Of a stretch of 64,000 nt of DNA, positions 40,747-53,795 are shown one piece after another (position 1 is the stretch's first letter; each line of letters opens with the position of its first letter). This DNA is from Octopus bimaculoides (Eukaryota). The DNA lies in NCBI RefSeq assembly GCF_001194135.2, contig NC_068981.1, positions 21,536,087 to 21,600,086 of the forward strand. Direction: 5' to 3'. The position numbers and the translations under genes were made by a program. A model generated the notes under the pieces. The model worked only from the letters and a program-made list of their open reading frames with translations. It was not told the origin of the DNA and did not search any database.

Positions 40747-40883
40747 GTTCTGCCAGTTTCTGTTTAGTCTGTGGTCATGGAGGTCACACATTACACATGT
40801 CGCATTGGTTCCTCTCGTATTCGCAGTGTCCCAGTGGTTGTGGTTGCCTATGTATTGAAAGAAATTTAATTGAAGCTCTCTGA
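40747..40883 (+). CDS. WDR59: WDR59 last coding exon, RING-like C-terminus (G)SASFCLVCGHGGHTLHMSHWFLSYSQCPSGCGCLCIERNLIEAL*
   Basis: atttcttgcag acceptor. CxxCGHGGH..H..WF....CPxGCGCxC is the signature of GATOR2 Sea3/WDR59. TGA at 40881-40883. Confidence 0.96.
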
Positions 40884-40933
40884 GTTACTACTTCTGCACT
40901 TTTTATTATCACAAATTGTTGTTTGATTTCCAC

Positions 40934-40939
40934 AATAAA
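40934..40939 (+). terminator. Candidate polyadenylation signal of WDR59
   Basis: AATAAA about 50 nt after the stop, followed by a long T/GT-rich tract (40945-40995). Confidence 0.55.
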
Positions 40940-41496
40940 CCTTTAGTTTTTAATTTTTGTTTTGCTTCTTGGTTTATTTTGTTTTCTTTCATTCTGTTAT
41001 TGAGAAAAACCGGTTTCTCAAAGACAACTGTGGTCTACTGAGTGAAACAGTTAAAAGGATAGCTGTTATTGTTTTGTGACCCAGGTCAAACAATTGTTAT
41101 TGTCACAAATGTAATTTAAGATCTGCTAAGCATTACAAAGAATGTTAGATACTTTCTATTCTGTTACTTAAGTTCATATTTGACCCAATTTGTTTCAAAT
41201 TTTAGCATTTTTAGGGGAAGGGTGTTGTTGATTACATTGGCCATGGTACTTGACTGGTACTTTATTTTCTTAACCCCAGGCAACATTGACTTTGGCAGTA
41301 TTTGAACTGATAATGTAAAAATCCAGAAGTAATGCCATTCTGTATTTTGTCTGGCTCAGTAGTGATTCTACCAGCTTTCTGCCTTTATGCACGAAGAGAG
41401 GAAATGTCATCATCAAACCCTTGCAGCTATTGTTCAGGGTCACTTTCAGTGGCCTCAGGGTCATGGGATCTGCCTTTCTTGTATTGGTTTTGTCAG

Positions 41497-41571
41497 TTAC
41501 ATCTGCTCCCATGTGCTGGAAGCAGAGGAGGATGAATGTCTTGGATTGACACTGTCATCACCTTTGATGAG
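41497..41571 (-). CDS. Candidate terminal exon of an unidentified minus-strand gene (phase 0: LIKGDDSVNPRHSSSSASSTWEQM*)
   Basis: Acceptor ttaattttacttgcttatgacag, GC-richer non-repeat sequence and downstream AATAAA (41261-41266, minus). Frame ambiguous and no homology recognised. Confidence 0.3.
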   Translation of the reverse strand, partial: LIKGDDSVNPRHSSSSASSTWEQM

Positions 41572-44500
41572 CTGTCATAAGCAAGTAAAATTAAACGGAT
41601 AAATCAAGAAGAAATTTTTCTCTACATTGTGGTCAGTATTTGGCTGTATTTTGTACTCTGTGATAGTCACTAACAGCTACTGTATCCACTGTTTCTATCA
41701 AGCCTGTGTATGGTCACTTGACCTGCTAGAAATAATAGCTAAGTCTTTTCCTTAGATTACAGCTTTACTGTCTTAAAAGAGGAAGAACATACAAAATAAT
41801 GTAGTCCTTGAAATGCCAAATGAAAAAGAAGGGAAGGTCACAGCTAGAATGTCTTTGATCACAGTTTAGCTGGATCAAAGTTGACTTCGTATACATAATG
41901 TCATTATAACTTGTAATAACTACTTATCATCAATTCTATTATAATTACCAATAACTACTATTATCACTAAATCAAACTACTATAATCACCAAAAATTACT
42001 ATAAACACCAATAACTATTATAACTACGAATATTTATGCAGTCTATGATCACTAATATTTTTATTAGTCAGAAGTGAAGGAAGAGGGACTGTGGTTATGA
42101 CCTTTGCAGGTCATCCCAGACTGGTGAGAGTGAGGAGGCTGGTAGGCTTAAATAGAGAGTACCTACAGCGAGCCATCACAGAGGATCAGAAGCTGTTGTA
42201 GTAATGACAGAAGAGGTAAGAAAAAGAAACACCACAACTGTGAGTTAGTGGTTGCAGGGTTTTGTGAGTGAAACTTTGCCAGTCTGTCAAATTACTTGTC
42301 TTTTGGATGTTGTTGCCTGTTTGTGTGTTTAGCTATAGCATTGTTCTATACATGTGAGCAGTACTCCAATGTAGGTCTTGAACATTGTTGAGAGTTAACA
42401 ACTGATCAGAACTGGAGTATTGGTGGAGACCCTAAAGAGAAGGTCCCTTTTTTGCAATACAGTTTTATTGTACAATGCACTATGATTATCAAATAACTAA
42501 CATGGCTAACAATAATAAATATTGGCACTCCATTGGTTATGACAATGAGGGTACCATTTGATCCGATCAGTGGAACAGCCTGCTCATGAAATTAATATGC
42601 AAGTGGCTGAGCACTCCACAGACATGCATACCTTTAACATAGTTCTCAGGGAGATTCAGCATGACACACTGTGACAAGGCTGAATGTGACAGATATTACA
42701 CATTTTTGCCAGCTGAGTGGACTGGAGCAACATGAAAAATAGTGTCTTGCTCAAGGATACAATGCACTGCCAGGTATCAAACTCACAATCTTATGATTGC
42801 GAGCTGAATACCCTAACCACTGAGCCATGTGCCTTCACATGATAATATTAGCCATTAAAGATTCCTATAAATATCTTAGATGTTATATTTTTATGCATGT
42901 ATGGTTGTGTGGTTAAGGAGCTTACTTCTCAACTGTGTGGTCTTGGGTTCAGTCCCACTGTATGGAACCTTTGGTAAGTGTCTTCTAAGATAGACCCAAG
43001 CTGACCAAAGTTTGGCAAATGGATTTTTTTAGATGGAAATTGAAAGGATGAAAGTATGTGTGTGTATGTATTTATATGTGTGTATATACATTTAAATGTA
43101 TGTATGTAGATAGAGAGGTGGATATATATTTGTGTGTTTGTGTATACCCTTGTCTAGATGTCACATGATGGTAGTAAATGAGCATCATCGCCACCCAGGT
43201 AATTTTGTTCACTTACCAGTCTTCCACAAAAAGCATGTCTGGCTACAGGAAAATGTTACCTTGGTAACAAGTGAGGGTTGGTAATTGGAAAGGCATCCAG
43301 CCATAGAAAATCTACCTCAACAAATTCTGTTTGACCCTGGAAAGTATGACTAAGTGAACATTAAGTGGTTGTCATGATGGTGAGGATGGTGATAATAGTA
43401 ATGATGATTGTTGCCTATAACTACTTTGATTAAATATGAGAGTATGGGCATCACCATCTGAGAAAAAAATGTATTGTTACCAGTGGCAGCTTGCAGATAA
43501 AATTTGTAGGGGTGCTACTTCAGAAAATATAATATTGTGCAAAAGGAAACAAGCGTATAAAAAGAAAATTTATACATAAACTTGATTGGTTGGCTTTTTA
43601 GCCACTGCCTGGTAGTGTGTTTAATTTGTTCACTGATCACTGCCGTGAATTCCCCCTTGTTTTTCAAAAGTCCCCCCTAAATCACAAAATAAGGTGGGGA
43701 AATGTGCCCTATTTTTCAAATCCTGGCAGCAACACTAAAGCTGGAAGCTGGATAATAATCTAGTTCTACACTTTATCACATTCAAGAATATAAACGCGTT
43801 TTTAAGCACAACACATGCAGAGTCAAAAAGAAACACTACCTTTCACCCAGCACTGTCGTTTACACAGTGCTCTCTCTCCCTAGTGTGAAGCTTCTTATCT
43901 CGGACATCAGCATGCGCACAACAGCCAAAAACCACATCACTGGAACTGTGAAGTGCACAGTTCTATACAAGGAGTTTTGTATTTTTTCATGAGCTAGGGG
44001 ATGGCCACTGACATTAAGCTTAAGAATTATAAAATGTACAAGTATAAAGAAAGAATTAAAGGAAAAAAGGACTCATTATATTGAATGTTATCGATAATAT
44101 TGAGTTGAAATAGGGAATGCTGCAGTTCTGCAGTTCCTATACACGAGCTGCCACATAGCTATGTAATGAATGTATTTCTATTGTATTGACTTTCCCATGT
44201 TAATTGATGTTATTTTCCACATAAACATGTTGAATAAGTCTTATATAGCCTGTTAAGTAGAAATGAGTCGTGAATTTATTATGTAAATGGAATCTTAATA
44301 TGTCTTTTCACTAAAAGTGAAAAAAGAAACATTACAAATATTTGCTTCCAAATAAAATATTTATACTTCTTAGCTTGAATAGTTTCTAGTGTGTGGAGAA
44401 GGAGGATGGTAAGAGGTCTTGGCTCAAACATTTTGCTGACTAACTAAATGTTGACGTTTTGACGTTTCTATTGTTCTTTTCCTCTTTCCTGCCCTCTTTT

Positions 44501-46379
44501 CATTTTGTCTCTGTCTGTCACTGTCTCTCTCTGTCTCTCTATCTATCTATCTGTCTCTTTCTCTTTATATGTGGGAACATATTTCTCTGTGTATATGATG
44601 AGAAAGCAAGTGTTTGTCAATTGCCTTTCAATTATTTAATTGTAATCTTCCCCCCCCCTCTCTCTCACTCTCTCTCCCCTCTGTCTGTTTGTGTATATTT
44701 CTACACATGTATATTTACTTCCAGTGTCACAAAGTACTGTTACTAAAACAGGTTCAATGTCCGGTCAGCCAGGTCAAATCACCAGCACCAAAACAGCCAT
44801 GTCCAATCATCTCATTTTAGTTTCTGGGTCATTCAAGCAAACAAATATAAATAAATGTTTGACCCATTGCAAAATCTAGAGAATATTAGGGAAAAATTAC
44901 ATTTACCATAAATCACAGAATGTAGACTGCATAGTACAAGTAACAATAGTTTTGAGATATTTTAGATCAAAGAGTAAAAGTTTGGATGGGACAGAAAACA
45001 GTTTTTAGGGTTTCAGAATAAAAATTGAGGCCAGTTTTATTTAAGTAGAAAAGAATCAAGGAGCAGGTAGCTTACCAATCAATATTTTCCCCCAAGAGAA
45101 TGGGAGCATGAAATACTTGACATAAGCTGTGGTGAAATGAATATGTCGGGCACATGCCCAACTTCAGGCACCCTCAACAGATTTCTTTTGGTGAGGCAGC
45201 AATAGGCTTTCAGTCACATGGTGAACCAAAGAGGAGATAGAAAGACACTCTGAAGAGGATCTTGAAGAAATGCGACTTAGAACAGACTACTTGGGCTATG
45301 GTTTGTCATGTTCAAGATAGCTCATTGTGGCTCTAAGAATTAGAAATGACCAGAGAAGAGGTATGCATGGAAAGCAAGAGTTCCACTGAGGCCTGATCCT
45401 GCTATTATGTGCCCCCACTGTAACTGTGGATTTTATGCTAATATTGGCCTAATAAGCCACCTCAGGAGTTTCAAAGAGTAAAGATGCTAATCTGGTTATC
45501 TTCAGAGACATGAAGAATGAACACTATATTAGTGTAAGTGAAGTGAAATAGCTTCACTTTTTTGTTGATCTCTTAATGTGGGCTCAACTGACTGGGACTT
45601 TCTCTCACGAAACAGCAGCAGCACCAACAACTGCAAACATAAAAATGGTACTCTGAACAGTGGAAATTATCAATGATTTAAGTTGAATAAATGAAATGAT
45701 GCAAGTGAAATTCATAACAACCATATTTACTTGTGTATAATGTGAAAAATTTAATAAGAAAATGGCAGAGTCAACATTGGGAGGGTAGCATTGTCTTGGA
45801 GGATGCAGAGAGGATGACACAGGACCGATGGGGAGTACTGGTCGATCTGGCTCTATGCATGATGATGCCTCTGGACTACTAACCTGGGATGACCCCAGCA
45901 ACATTGAGCAAGAGCATGAAACAAAAAAGAAGCAAGCAAGCACCACTTCATTTATTTGCAATCAGATGTTGCCTGTAGATTATAGAAAGCACTGTAAATA
46001 CACTAGGTATAGCTTTCCAATAAACTGATGAAGTCACAATGACAGCCTACTATCGATGGTGTTCCATCTATTGCTCAAACACAAAATACAGACTCATCTT
46101 TTGTATCTGTTTCTAGTTGTCTTACCATTAATAGCTCTTGGACCAAATGTTAATCTTTGACAAAGCAAACATATAAACAAGAACATACATTTATTGCTTG
46201 GCAAAGGAGACTAAACTAACTGTAAGCTAAGTTTGCTTGTATTGCACAATAAATTTTAGCACCTATAACAGGAGCTCCCTTGATATAGATGGGTAGAAGT
46301 CCACTATATTAAATTGGGTAAACCTAGCTCTACCCCTACCACTGTTGGCCTTAACCCATGTAATGACTTTGTTGGTGTT

Positions 46380-47320
46380 GCACTACAGGGCAAGGTCAGA
46401 GGCTGAGTCACTACAAGAACTAAAAAAGAAATTATTGTTGAAACCCTACCAGAACAAGAGAAAAGATTTCAGGTATGGAAGCAAGGTCTGAAATCAAAGG
46501 GCCTTAGAATTAATTTAGCAAAGATCAAGGTATTGATGAGTAGGAAGACAGATGAATTGCAAATCCCTTCAGGGAGATGGCCCTACTTGATATGTAGAAA
46601 GGCATCAAGAAAAACTCCATAAAGTGTACCCAGTGCAAGCTATGGACACATAAGAGGTGCAGCAGTATCACTGGATGACTATGGGAGAAAGTAGTCTTTA
46701 CATGTAACAGATGTGCAGGTACATTAAACACCAATATACGCAAAAAATAAATTTTCTCATTTCTCAGGGAGGATCCCTAGAAGTAGTAGACAGTTTCTGT
46801 TACTTAGGTGACCAAGTTAGTAGTGGGAATAGTTGTTTCAAAAGCATAACAGCTAGAATAAGAATAGGTTGGGCAAAGTTCAGAGAACTACTACTTCTGT
46901 TAGTAATGAAGGGCCTTTCCCTCAGTGAAAAGCAGATTGTACGATGCTTATGAACAAACAGCTATACTGCATGGCAGTGAGACATGGGCTGTGACTACTG
47001 AGGATATGTGAAGACTTGAAAGAAATGAAGCTAGTATGCTTCACTGGATGGGTAATGTCAGTGTGCATGCACAACAGAGTGTAAGTGATTTGAGAGAAAA
47101 ACTGGGTATACTTAGGCTCAGATGTAGTGTGCAAGAGTGAAGACTGCATTGGTATGGCCATGTAATGTGTATGAATGAAGACAGTTGCATCAAGAGGTGC
47201 TGATCTCTAATTATAGAGGGAACATGTGGAACAGGTAAACCCAGGACAATTGAAACAAGGATCTACAGTAAGGATAGGATCTACAGATGTTGAGACTCAC
47301 AGAGGGGACTGAGACGGATT
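46380..47320 (+). mobile_element. Degenerate RTE LINE, RT C-terminal part
   Basis: LEVVDSFCYLGD...ITARIRIGWAKFRELL; many stops and frameshifts. Confidence 0.88.
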
Positions 47321-47422
47321 ATCGGTGACAAAAAATATGAATGAGCCTCAAAGAAAATTTGTGCATGCAAAAATTAATAACACAAATATAAAGTTAAAAT
47401 TGGATACAGGTAGCAATATCTC

Positions 47423-47459
<37 letters not shown>

Positions 47460-47905
47460 TTCGTTTAACGTCCGCTTTACATGCTAGCATGGGTTGGATG
47501 ATTTGACTGAGGACTGGCGAACCAGATGGCTGCACCAGGCTCCAATCTGATCTGGCAGAGTTTCTATAGCTGGATGGCCTTCCTAATGCCAACCACTCCA
47601 AGAGTGTAGCAGGTGCTTTTATGTGCCAGCGGCACGAGGGCCAGTTAGGTGGTACTGGCAACAGCCACGCTCAAATAGTGTTTTTACATGCTACCTGCAC
47701 AGGAGTCAGTCCAGCAGCACTGGCAACAACCGCGCTCAAATGTTTTGTTCACATGCCACTGGTACAAGCCCCAGTAAGGCGACGCTGGTAGCAATCATGC
47801 TCAAATGGTGCTTTTTATGTGCCACCGGCACAGAAGCCGGACTGCTGCTCTGGCAGTGATCCCGCTCGGATGGTGCTGTTAGTGCTCCACTGGCATGGGA
47901 GCCAG

Positions 47906-48235
47906 TCATCGAATTCCATGTACACCATGGAAGCCCCCTGTATGTTTTCCAACATGTCCATTGAAGTTACTAGCCACAAAGAGAAGGACCCTGTCATTTG
48001 TCAATGAGGTAGTCTGCAAGAGGGTGTCATAAAATCGGTCTTTCTGTCCATCAGGTAGCCCTGGCTGAGGGGCATAGGCCGAGATAATGGTTGCTAACCC
48101 ATAATGTAGCACTAATCTAATCTTATGTATTCTATCACAGACTCTGACTACCTTAATTACCTTATCAACCCATTTCTCTGCAAGAAGTATACCCATGACT
48201 CCATCAGTGTTCCCTGCCCAGAAAATCTTGTACCT
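47906..48235 (-). mobile_element. RTE LINE apurinic endonuclease fragment
   Basis: GILLAEKWVDKVIKVVRVCDRI...TIISAYAPQPGL...FNGHVG are APE motifs. Confidence 0.9.
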
Positions 48236-50364
48236 GTGTTCTTTGCCTGTGAGGAACCTAGTGGAACCTNNNNNNNNNNTTTACCTGGCACGAACCCACA
48301 TATATATATATACACTTTATTTTCCAGTGAAGGTAGGATCAACAAAAATGTAGTCCATCCGTTGAGAGATAAATGTTATTTAATGTACACAGGATATAAT
48401 TATGAGTTAGTAATAGTTTCGCACATTGAAGGAATCATCTAGGAACGTTTTAAAACACCCTAGTGTCTCCAAGTAGTTTACAGGCTTTGGGCACTTAGCC
48501 TATACAAGTTACTAATCAGTACAATAAAACAAGAGAAATCATGAGGAAAAATGAGATAAAGCTGGGTTGACATGCATGTCAGGCTTCTTTCAGTTTCCAT
48601 CTACGAAATCCACTGACAAAGCTGTGATCAACCTGGAGTTGAAGACTTACCCAAGGCACAATGCAGTGAGAATTAACCTAGAGTCATGTAGGTTAACCAC
48701 GCCCATGCCTATGTGACAATGATATGACCAAAATAATCTGGGCTGTGTCTGTTTATACTGACAGTTTTCAATTTATAGAGAAATACTGAATAATAATGAA
48801 CTTATTTTAGTTCAGGTGCACAACAACTCATCAAAAAAGGTAGATAAAAATGCATGAATAGTTCACAAAAAAACAGGACATTGAACAGTAAATGAGTCAC
48901 AAAAAAAAGAAGAAAATTGCTGTTTGAATATCTATTATGTAGGTGACATACATATATATTTACATCATTTGCATATCCACTACATAAGTCAAATCCACTA
49001 ACCACCTCCTTTTTACACCTCTCTTCTTACTGTTCTCCATTATTAACACTTCAATTATCTGCTGTCACCTTTAATGCCCTTCCATATCTACTGCAATCCC
49101 TACGGTAAGCCTCTTTTAGGTTTCTCTCCAACATTTGCTACAATCAGAGACGATTGTGCTGGTATGGTGATGTGATGTGTATGAACAAGGACAGCTGTGT
49201 AAAGAAGTGCCGATCTCTTTCTGTGGAGGGAACCTGAGGTAGAGGTAGACTCAGGAAGACATGGGTGAGGTGGTGAAGCATGATCTTCAAACTTTGGCCT
49301 CACAGAGGCAATGACTAGTGACTGAGACACTTTGGCGATACGTTGTGCTTGAGAAGATCTGTCAAGCCATGTGAAATCGTAGTTGTGGCTGTGGCTGATG
49401 CTGGTGTCACACAACTGGCATGTAAAAAACAACTTTTGAGCATAGGGCCTCACAGAAGCAATGTGGCTGAGCTCCTTTCGAGCATTGGGCCTCATGGGGG
49501 CAATGACCGAGACCTTTGATATTATGTTGTGCTTGAGAAGAAGACTCATCAAGCTGAGCAAAATTGCAGTTGTGGCAGATTCCAGCATCATGCAAATGGC
49601 ACCCATGCTGGCGTATGTAAAAGCACTCATTACACTCTTGGAGTGGTCAGCATTGGGAAGGGCATCCAGCCATAGAAACCATGCCAAATCACACTGGAGC
49701 CTGGTGCAGCCTTCCAGCTTGTCAGCCTTGGTCAAACCATCCAACCCATTTCCGAATGGACAATAGACGTTAAATGATGATGATGAGGATCTCTATCCTG
49801 CCCTCTCACCCATGTCAAACCTCTGTATCACTTCACCTATTCTCACCACTCCTAAGTCCCTTGAAGGCATGTCACAACTAATTTTTGCTATCATCTGCCT
49901 TACTATTGTTCTCCTTATCTGACTCTCTAACTCACTCTCCTTTCCTTTCCAAATAGGGTCTCCATGTATCTACAGCAAGACACCTATATCTCTCCCTCTA
50001 TTCTTTTAACCTCTCAACTGGCACAAAGCCACCCCCATTCATTGCTATCCCCCTCTCCAGTTGAGGTGTTTTGCCATTTTTTAAAATCTTTTTTGTCTTG
50101 CAAAGTACTTGGTGACCCTGTCTGTGATGGTTCCATATAAAGAGCACTGGTACTGGTGTCAAGTAAAAAGCATTCAGAACACTGTAAAGTGGTTGGGGTT
50201 AGAAAGAGCATCTAGCTGTAGAAATCATGCCGAAACAGACTGTAGAAACTTGTATAGCTTCCAGCCTTGGCAGCTGCAGTCAAACCATCCAACCCATGTT
50301 AGCTGGAAAACAGAGACTAAATGACGATGATAATGGTGATGATGATGATAATGAACCTTTAAGT

Positions 50365-51486
50365 ACTAGTTCAAACAAATTACATACAGAAAGCATTTAA
50401 TCATCAAAATATATTCCATCACATTCTATTATCTGCTGCCATCATGGTGCTAGATGCTCAATTCCATGCTTATACCATTTGGTTGGTTTAGTGACAAAAA
50501 AACTCCCTGCACCTGTTTTCAGTCTCATCTACATTGTCAAACTTCTGTCTGTGTAGGAAATGAGCCATTGCTCAGAAAAGGTGGTAATCTATTGGTGCAA
50601 GATCTGGACTGTAGATAGGGTGAGACAGTATTTTCAACCACTCAAGTTCCTCAAGCTTGTGCTCGGTCACATTGGCAGTGTGTGCTGAGGCATTGCAATG
50701 TTGTAGGAGTGTGCATCTTTGATTGACCAATGCTGTGTAGCAGGCTTTCAAAACATCATATACTCACTTCAGTTGTTGAGCATAAAAGTTAGCATTCACA
50801 ACATGATCATCTGAGATGAGCTCAAAATGTAACATCCTCTTGAAATTCCACCAAATACATAGCATGGCCTTCTTCTTTGACAACTGGTTCTGAAGCCTGG
50901 TCAGAAAGAAACTGCTGATTTCTCTTACTAGGATTATGAAAATAGTTTCATTTTTTTATCTCTAGTTACAAGTTAATGTCAAAAATGGGCAACTCAAGGA
51001 TTTTCCAGCAGGTGTTTGCAAATGTTCACTTCATGAGGAACTTCTTGACAGCATCTGTTCACAAGTCTGAGCTTATGGAGGTGTTGTCTGATGGTGCTTT
51101 TGAAAGACCAAGTCCTACTGACAATGTATAAGTGCTTGTGATTGGCTGTTGTTCAACCATTTCAAGCAAAGCCTCATTTTCTACAACAGAATGTCTCCCT
51201 GAGCTTGGTCTGTCTTCCAAACTCATGTCACCTTCCTTGAAACACCTGAACCAGTTTTGTGCCACATGTTTGTTAACAGTTCCTTGGCCTTCCACATCAT
51301 TAATTTCTTTTGCCACTGCCCTTGCACTTGGTTTTTTTTCCACAAATAGCAAAACTGGCTCTTATTGCATTTTTTTTTACTACCAGTTATCAAAGCTGTA
51401 AAATAAAGAATAAACAATTAATGCTTATATGTTATAAATGAAAATAAAGAATAAACGATTGGGCAACAATTGGACAACAAGCTGTA
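50365..51486 (-). mobile_element. Degenerate mariner element (Mos1/Hsmar-type transposase pseudogene)
   Basis: ORF 51059-51352 (AVAKEINDVEGQGTVNKHVAQNWFRCFKEGDMSLED) is a mariner HTH. C-terminal WQQIIECDGIYFDD* lies near 50400-50440. Ends are approximate. Confidence 0.88.
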
Positions 51487-52007
51487 TTAAATTAATGATA
51501 TAACATGGAGATATATGTTACCAAAAATCATCAATGAAAATTTAAAAAAACCTACTATGTAGGTGAAATACATAACTGTATATCACCTATGTACAAGATA
51601 TACAAACAGGGCAAATTTAAGTATTGAAAATATGTGAACAACTTTGATTGGTGTTTGAACCTTTTTGGGTTTTCCCCAGTGGTGTCTTACATCACTTGAC
51701 CAATCCCAGAGAAACAAATTGCCAATCTGTTTATATACACCACAAATCCAGCATGTGCATATTTGTGTGGGTGTGTGTTACTGTCTCCTTGCCTTGACAT
51801 CGCATAATAGTCATAAGTGAGTGCTTCTGTCACAAGTGCAAGGGTGTTCATTTGCAATATTCTTTGGAAAACGTGTCAGGCCATAGGGGAAATGTTACCT
51901 CAGAAACAGGCGGGGTTGGTGACAGGAAGGGCTGTGAAAGAATCTGTAAAAAAATTCTCAACAAGTTCTATCTGGCCTATACAAACATGGTAAAGTGGAA
52001 GTGAAAG

Positions 52008-52222
52008 GAGGATGATGATGATGATGATGATGATAACCACCATGACAACCACCAACACCTCGACAATGACGTCGACGACGACCACCACCACCAGCACCAG
52101 CACCAGCACCAGCACCACCAGTACCACCACCACCACCACCACCACCATCATCAATGGTGATGGTGGTGGTAGCAATGGTGATGATCATGATGATGGTGGT
52201 GGTGGTGGTGGTGGTGATGATT
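52008..52222. repeat. Compound trinucleotide microsatellite (GAT/ACC/AGC/GGT)
   Basis: Direct reading. It generates the poly-M/T/G/V ORFs in the track. Confidence 0.95.
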
Positions 52223-52749
52223 TTTGTGTGATCATAAACTGAAAAAAAATGTCATTTCATTTTCCTTATGTTGTTAAATTAAGTCCAATAATATATTTAG
52301 TCCAACATTTCACTTTCACCTCCGGACTTCCTGCCAGAGTCCTGTTTTTTTAATTTTTTTATTTCAGTTTAACTAATTTTAATCTTTCTGTAAAAAGCCC
52401 TGGTGATGATACCATGTAAAAAAGACACCCAGTACACTCTGTTAAGTGGTTGGCATTAGGAAGGGCATCAAGCTGTAGAGACCATGCCAAAACAGATAAT
52501 GGAACCTGCTGTGGCTCCTGGCTTTGCCAGCTCTTGTCAACAGTTCAACCCATGCCAGCATGGAATACAGACGTTAAATGATGATGATCATCATCACACA
52601 CGCACGCACGCACGCACACTCACACACACAGGATTTCAGGCTGTTTCTGTCTACCAAATTTATTCACAAGCCTAGGGCTATAGTCGAAGACACTTTCCTT
52701 ACGTATTGCACAGGAGGTGGGGGACCAGAAAGCATGTGGTTGTAAAACG

Positions 52750-53756
52750 AGTTTCTTAAAAACGAGGTTATGCCTGCACCTTATATTTTAGTATTTTTCT
52801 ATGCAAATTCTTCATAATTGCATCTATATATCTTAAAGGGCAAGCCAAAATATTCAACTCCTCACAAGAATTTTCGCGGGTGGGGAATCGGCATCCGTAG
52901 TAGATACTAATTGAAAATGATGTTCTAAACTCTAGGATCACCCAATTAATCAGTAACTTAAAATTCAAAATAGATTCTGTTCAGAGGATTTTCATCTAAT
53001 TTTACGAAACCTCTTCGACTTTTCACCGTTGCTGTTTTTTAGCTTCAGGTATGCTCTGAATGAGTATTCTATCATCAAAAGCGTTCCAGCCGTGACAATC
53101 CCATCTTTAGTTCAGGTAATCTCTCTCGGTCTCTAAAATTCGAGAGTTATTATGTCAATAAGTTTGGTTACTGTGAAGAAAGAAAAAAAGTGTGAAGTTT
53201 CGAACCTTCGTCTTTCCAATTTTTTCTTTTTTTTAGACAGTAGGATACGATTGGAGAGAAATTTGGTTGCTATTTCTAGTCTACTAAACGGTCACATAGA
53301 GGCTTCCACAATGACTTGTGTCCTGTGTCGTAATAGGCAAGCTGTATCAGAGAAGGGAAATAAATCTTGAATAATATATTTATTTACCCAATTACCTCGC
53401 TTGCCAGTTCAACCACATGTACCCTGTTGTGTTCGCCATTTTCAGCACACATATATATACGGACAGCAACAATTCCACGGAGCTGTGTGGATACTCTCTA
53501 AGACACCAACTGCTGTACTTCATTTTAATTTCTTGTAAGTATACAACACTTTGAATCTCGCCTATCATTTATTCTTCTAGACCAGTTTGTTTTTAAGTAT
53601 ATATTTCCTGAAGCCAAAATTCGCACTACATGATGACATAAACGTCAACGTAAATATAACAACACATAAATAGATACCATACATATAGAAGTGGTGCGCG
53701 TGTTTGTGTTTGCGCGCGAGTGTGTATGTTTCTGTGTTTGTATGTATACATACATA

Positions 53757-53795
<39 letters not shown>

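Noticed and set aside
45605-45961. 118-aa minus ORF and 66-aa plus ORF
   Set aside because: The core 45780-45930 is an RTE 3' remnant (EDAERMTQDRW-like). The CWCCCCF and VVGAAAVS readings near 45610-45660 could not be tied to a gene.
49100-49744. 214-aa minus-strand ORF
   Set aside because: Entirely composed of RTE 3' end and tail-repeat sequence read antisense.
51900-52242. Poly-Gly/Ala/His, poly-Val and poly-Thr ORFs
   Set aside because: Translations of a trinucleotide microsatellite with no splice or homology support.
53049-53115. Plus-strand exon-like segment YALNEYSIIKSVPAVTIPSLVQ
   Set aside because: Splice-like ends, but no compatible upstream start or downstream exon was found, and it lies inside the promoter-like zone.
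53396-53439. MWLNWQA resembling p22phox (CYBA) MWANEQA in the same register
   Set aside because: The conserved EWAMWANEQAL is poorly matched, intron position and phase differ, and no EYPRG or proline-rich exon was found.
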